Assembly: GCF_009914755.1 (NCBI RefSeq)
Contig: NC_060943.1
Length of the DNA stretch: 64,000 nucleotides
Reading direction: 5' to 3' (one strand)
Source: the human T2T-CHM13v2.0 reference genome, Homo sapiens
Part shown: piece by piece, positions 62,321-64,000 of the stretch
How the letters are laid out: each line of letters begins with the position of its first letter
Numbering within the stretch: the stretch's first letter is position 1
Notes under the pieces: model-generated
The model's database searches: none
What the model was told of the DNA's origin: nothing
What the model saw: only the letters and a program-made list of their open reading frames with translations
Program-made: the position numbers and the translations under genes

Positions 62321-62574
62321 TTTCTTCACATGGACGCCCATGAAACCCGGGAGGTGGAGCTTGCAGTGAGCCGAAACCGCGCCACTGCACTCCGGCCTGG
62401 GTGACAGAGCAAGACTCCATCTCAAAAAAAAAAAAAAAAAAAAAAAGAATGGCTACTCCATAGACAGAGCAGCCCCAAGGCTGCTGGTTGCCCATTGTTA
62501 TGGTTATTTCTTGATGATATGCTAAAGGAAGGGTAGATTATTCATGCCTTGCGTTTTTAGACCAAATAGGGTAA

Positions 62575-62874
<300 letters not shown>

Positions 62875-62880
62875 TAGTAG

Positions 62881-63077
<197 letters not shown>

Positions 63078-63364
63078 TAGTACAGACAGGGTTTCACCAT
63101 GTTGGCCAGGCTGGTCTTGAACTCCTGACCTCAGGTGATCCACTCGCCTCAGCCTCCCAAAGTGCTAGGATTACAGGCGTGAGCCACCGCGCCCGGCCAC
63201 TTCCTTCCTTTTTATGGCTGAATCATATTCATTGTATGAATAGACAACATGTTGTGTTTATCCATTCATTTGTTGGTGGACACTTGAGTTGTTTCCACCT
63301 TTTGGCTATTGTGAATAGCGCTATTCTGAACACGTCCAAGGGTTTGTTTGAATATATCCGCTTG

Positions 63365-63520
63365 ATTTTCTAAATAAAGTTTTATTGGCATGCAGTCACG
63401 CCCATCATTTGCATGTTGTCAAGGTTACAATGGCCGAGTTGGTTGCAACAGAGACAGCATAGTACACACAGCAAATCTATTTACTAGCTCGCCCTTTACA
63501 GAAAATTTTGTTGACCCCTG
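63365..63520 (+). mobile_element. MER58A-like fragment
   Basis: taaataaagttttattgg...cccatcatttgc...ccctttacagaaaattttgttgacccctg. Confidence 0.65.
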
Positions 63521-64000
63521 TATTGATCATGACCAAAATGAGTCTGGGAATTGGGTTGGGTTGCAGAAACTTTACATTAGGCCTGGATGACCATTCTCCT
63601 CTCCTTCTACCTGTCCAGAACAAAGGGGTTACATTTCCCAGCAAGCAGTCTTGAGCCTCAGTCCCCAAGCCCCATTGGTAACACGATGGGTCCCACACAC
63701 TGAAGGACAAGATCAAAGACTTGAGACCCTTTTGTAGCGAGGGGCAAATAGATCCACATCAGTCACAGTGCGTAGCCTATGCACTTGGGTACAGAAACAG
63801 CTAATGAGCAGGGGCACTCAAGGACCTGCAGGCTGCCTCTGCAGACATCATGCAGACAGCTGCGGTTTGTCCCCTTTTCCCAGCTATATGCTATTCTTTG
63901 AGAAGATACCACACCCCCACGTGCAAGTTTCTCAAAGGAGAAAAGTCCCCCAGGAGCGGGATTGCTGCGTGCTGGATAACTCCTGGTGTAAGCCACTTTC

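Larger units (their letters stand above)
57794..62345 (+). mobile_element. HERV-H provirus: 5' LTR7, PBS-His, defective gag/pro/pol; env and most of the 3' LTR deleted
   Basis: LTR7 start TGTCAGGCCTCTGAGCCCAAG; PBS; zinc knuckle CYKCRKSGHWAKEC at 59927; RT motifs YRLVQDLR and VLDLKHAFF; integrase-like end; 5-bp TSD CCCAG/CCCGG. Confidence 0.93.
57585..62446 (+). mobile_element. AluY split by HERV-H (57585-57793 and 62346-62446)
   Basis: AluY diagnostics gaccatcctggctaac, gaatggc.tgaaccc, ggagcttgcagtg; the halves rejoin across the provirus. Confidence 0.85.

Noticed and set aside
63520-64000. Non-repetitive-looking terminal segment, possibly an exon or old retroelement
   Set aside because: No recognisable protein motif or convincing splice pair; it cannot be assigned without a database search.

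Overview
Human-type, very Alu-rich genomic DNA, recognised from the translated exons as the NIBAN3-COLGALT1 locus (19p13.11 from prior knowledge, not from a search). The + strand carries the 3' part of NIBAN3 (FAM129C/BCNP1): 10 internal coding exons from 2017 plus two alternative C-terminal exons, one of them MIR-derived. About 2 kb later comes the complete 12-exon COLGALT1 gene: CpG-island promoter, 1869-nt CDS = 622 aa ending in RDEL, polyA signal at 47759. The rest is intergenic: an MLT1 LTR containing an RPL21 processed pseudogene, and a four-layer nest L1 > MER41A > AluY > HERV-H in which env and almost all of the 3' LTR are deleted. A solo LTR13 splits an Alu in a NIBAN3 intron. I see no evidence for a wholly new biological system. 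The most interesting unexplained structures are: a degenerate repeat array of 5' splice-site copies in COLGALT1 intron 8; a candidate 44-nt frame-switching exon before the NIBAN3 terminal exons; a cluster of about 9 L2 3'-end motifs in the COLGALT1 3'UTR; a local duplication bracketing COLGALT1 exons 4-5; a target site used twice by retrotransposition; and the polyA-less HERV-H with a perfect GAS site just upstream. Repeat family names come from recalled consensus sequences, and repeat boundaries are approximate.
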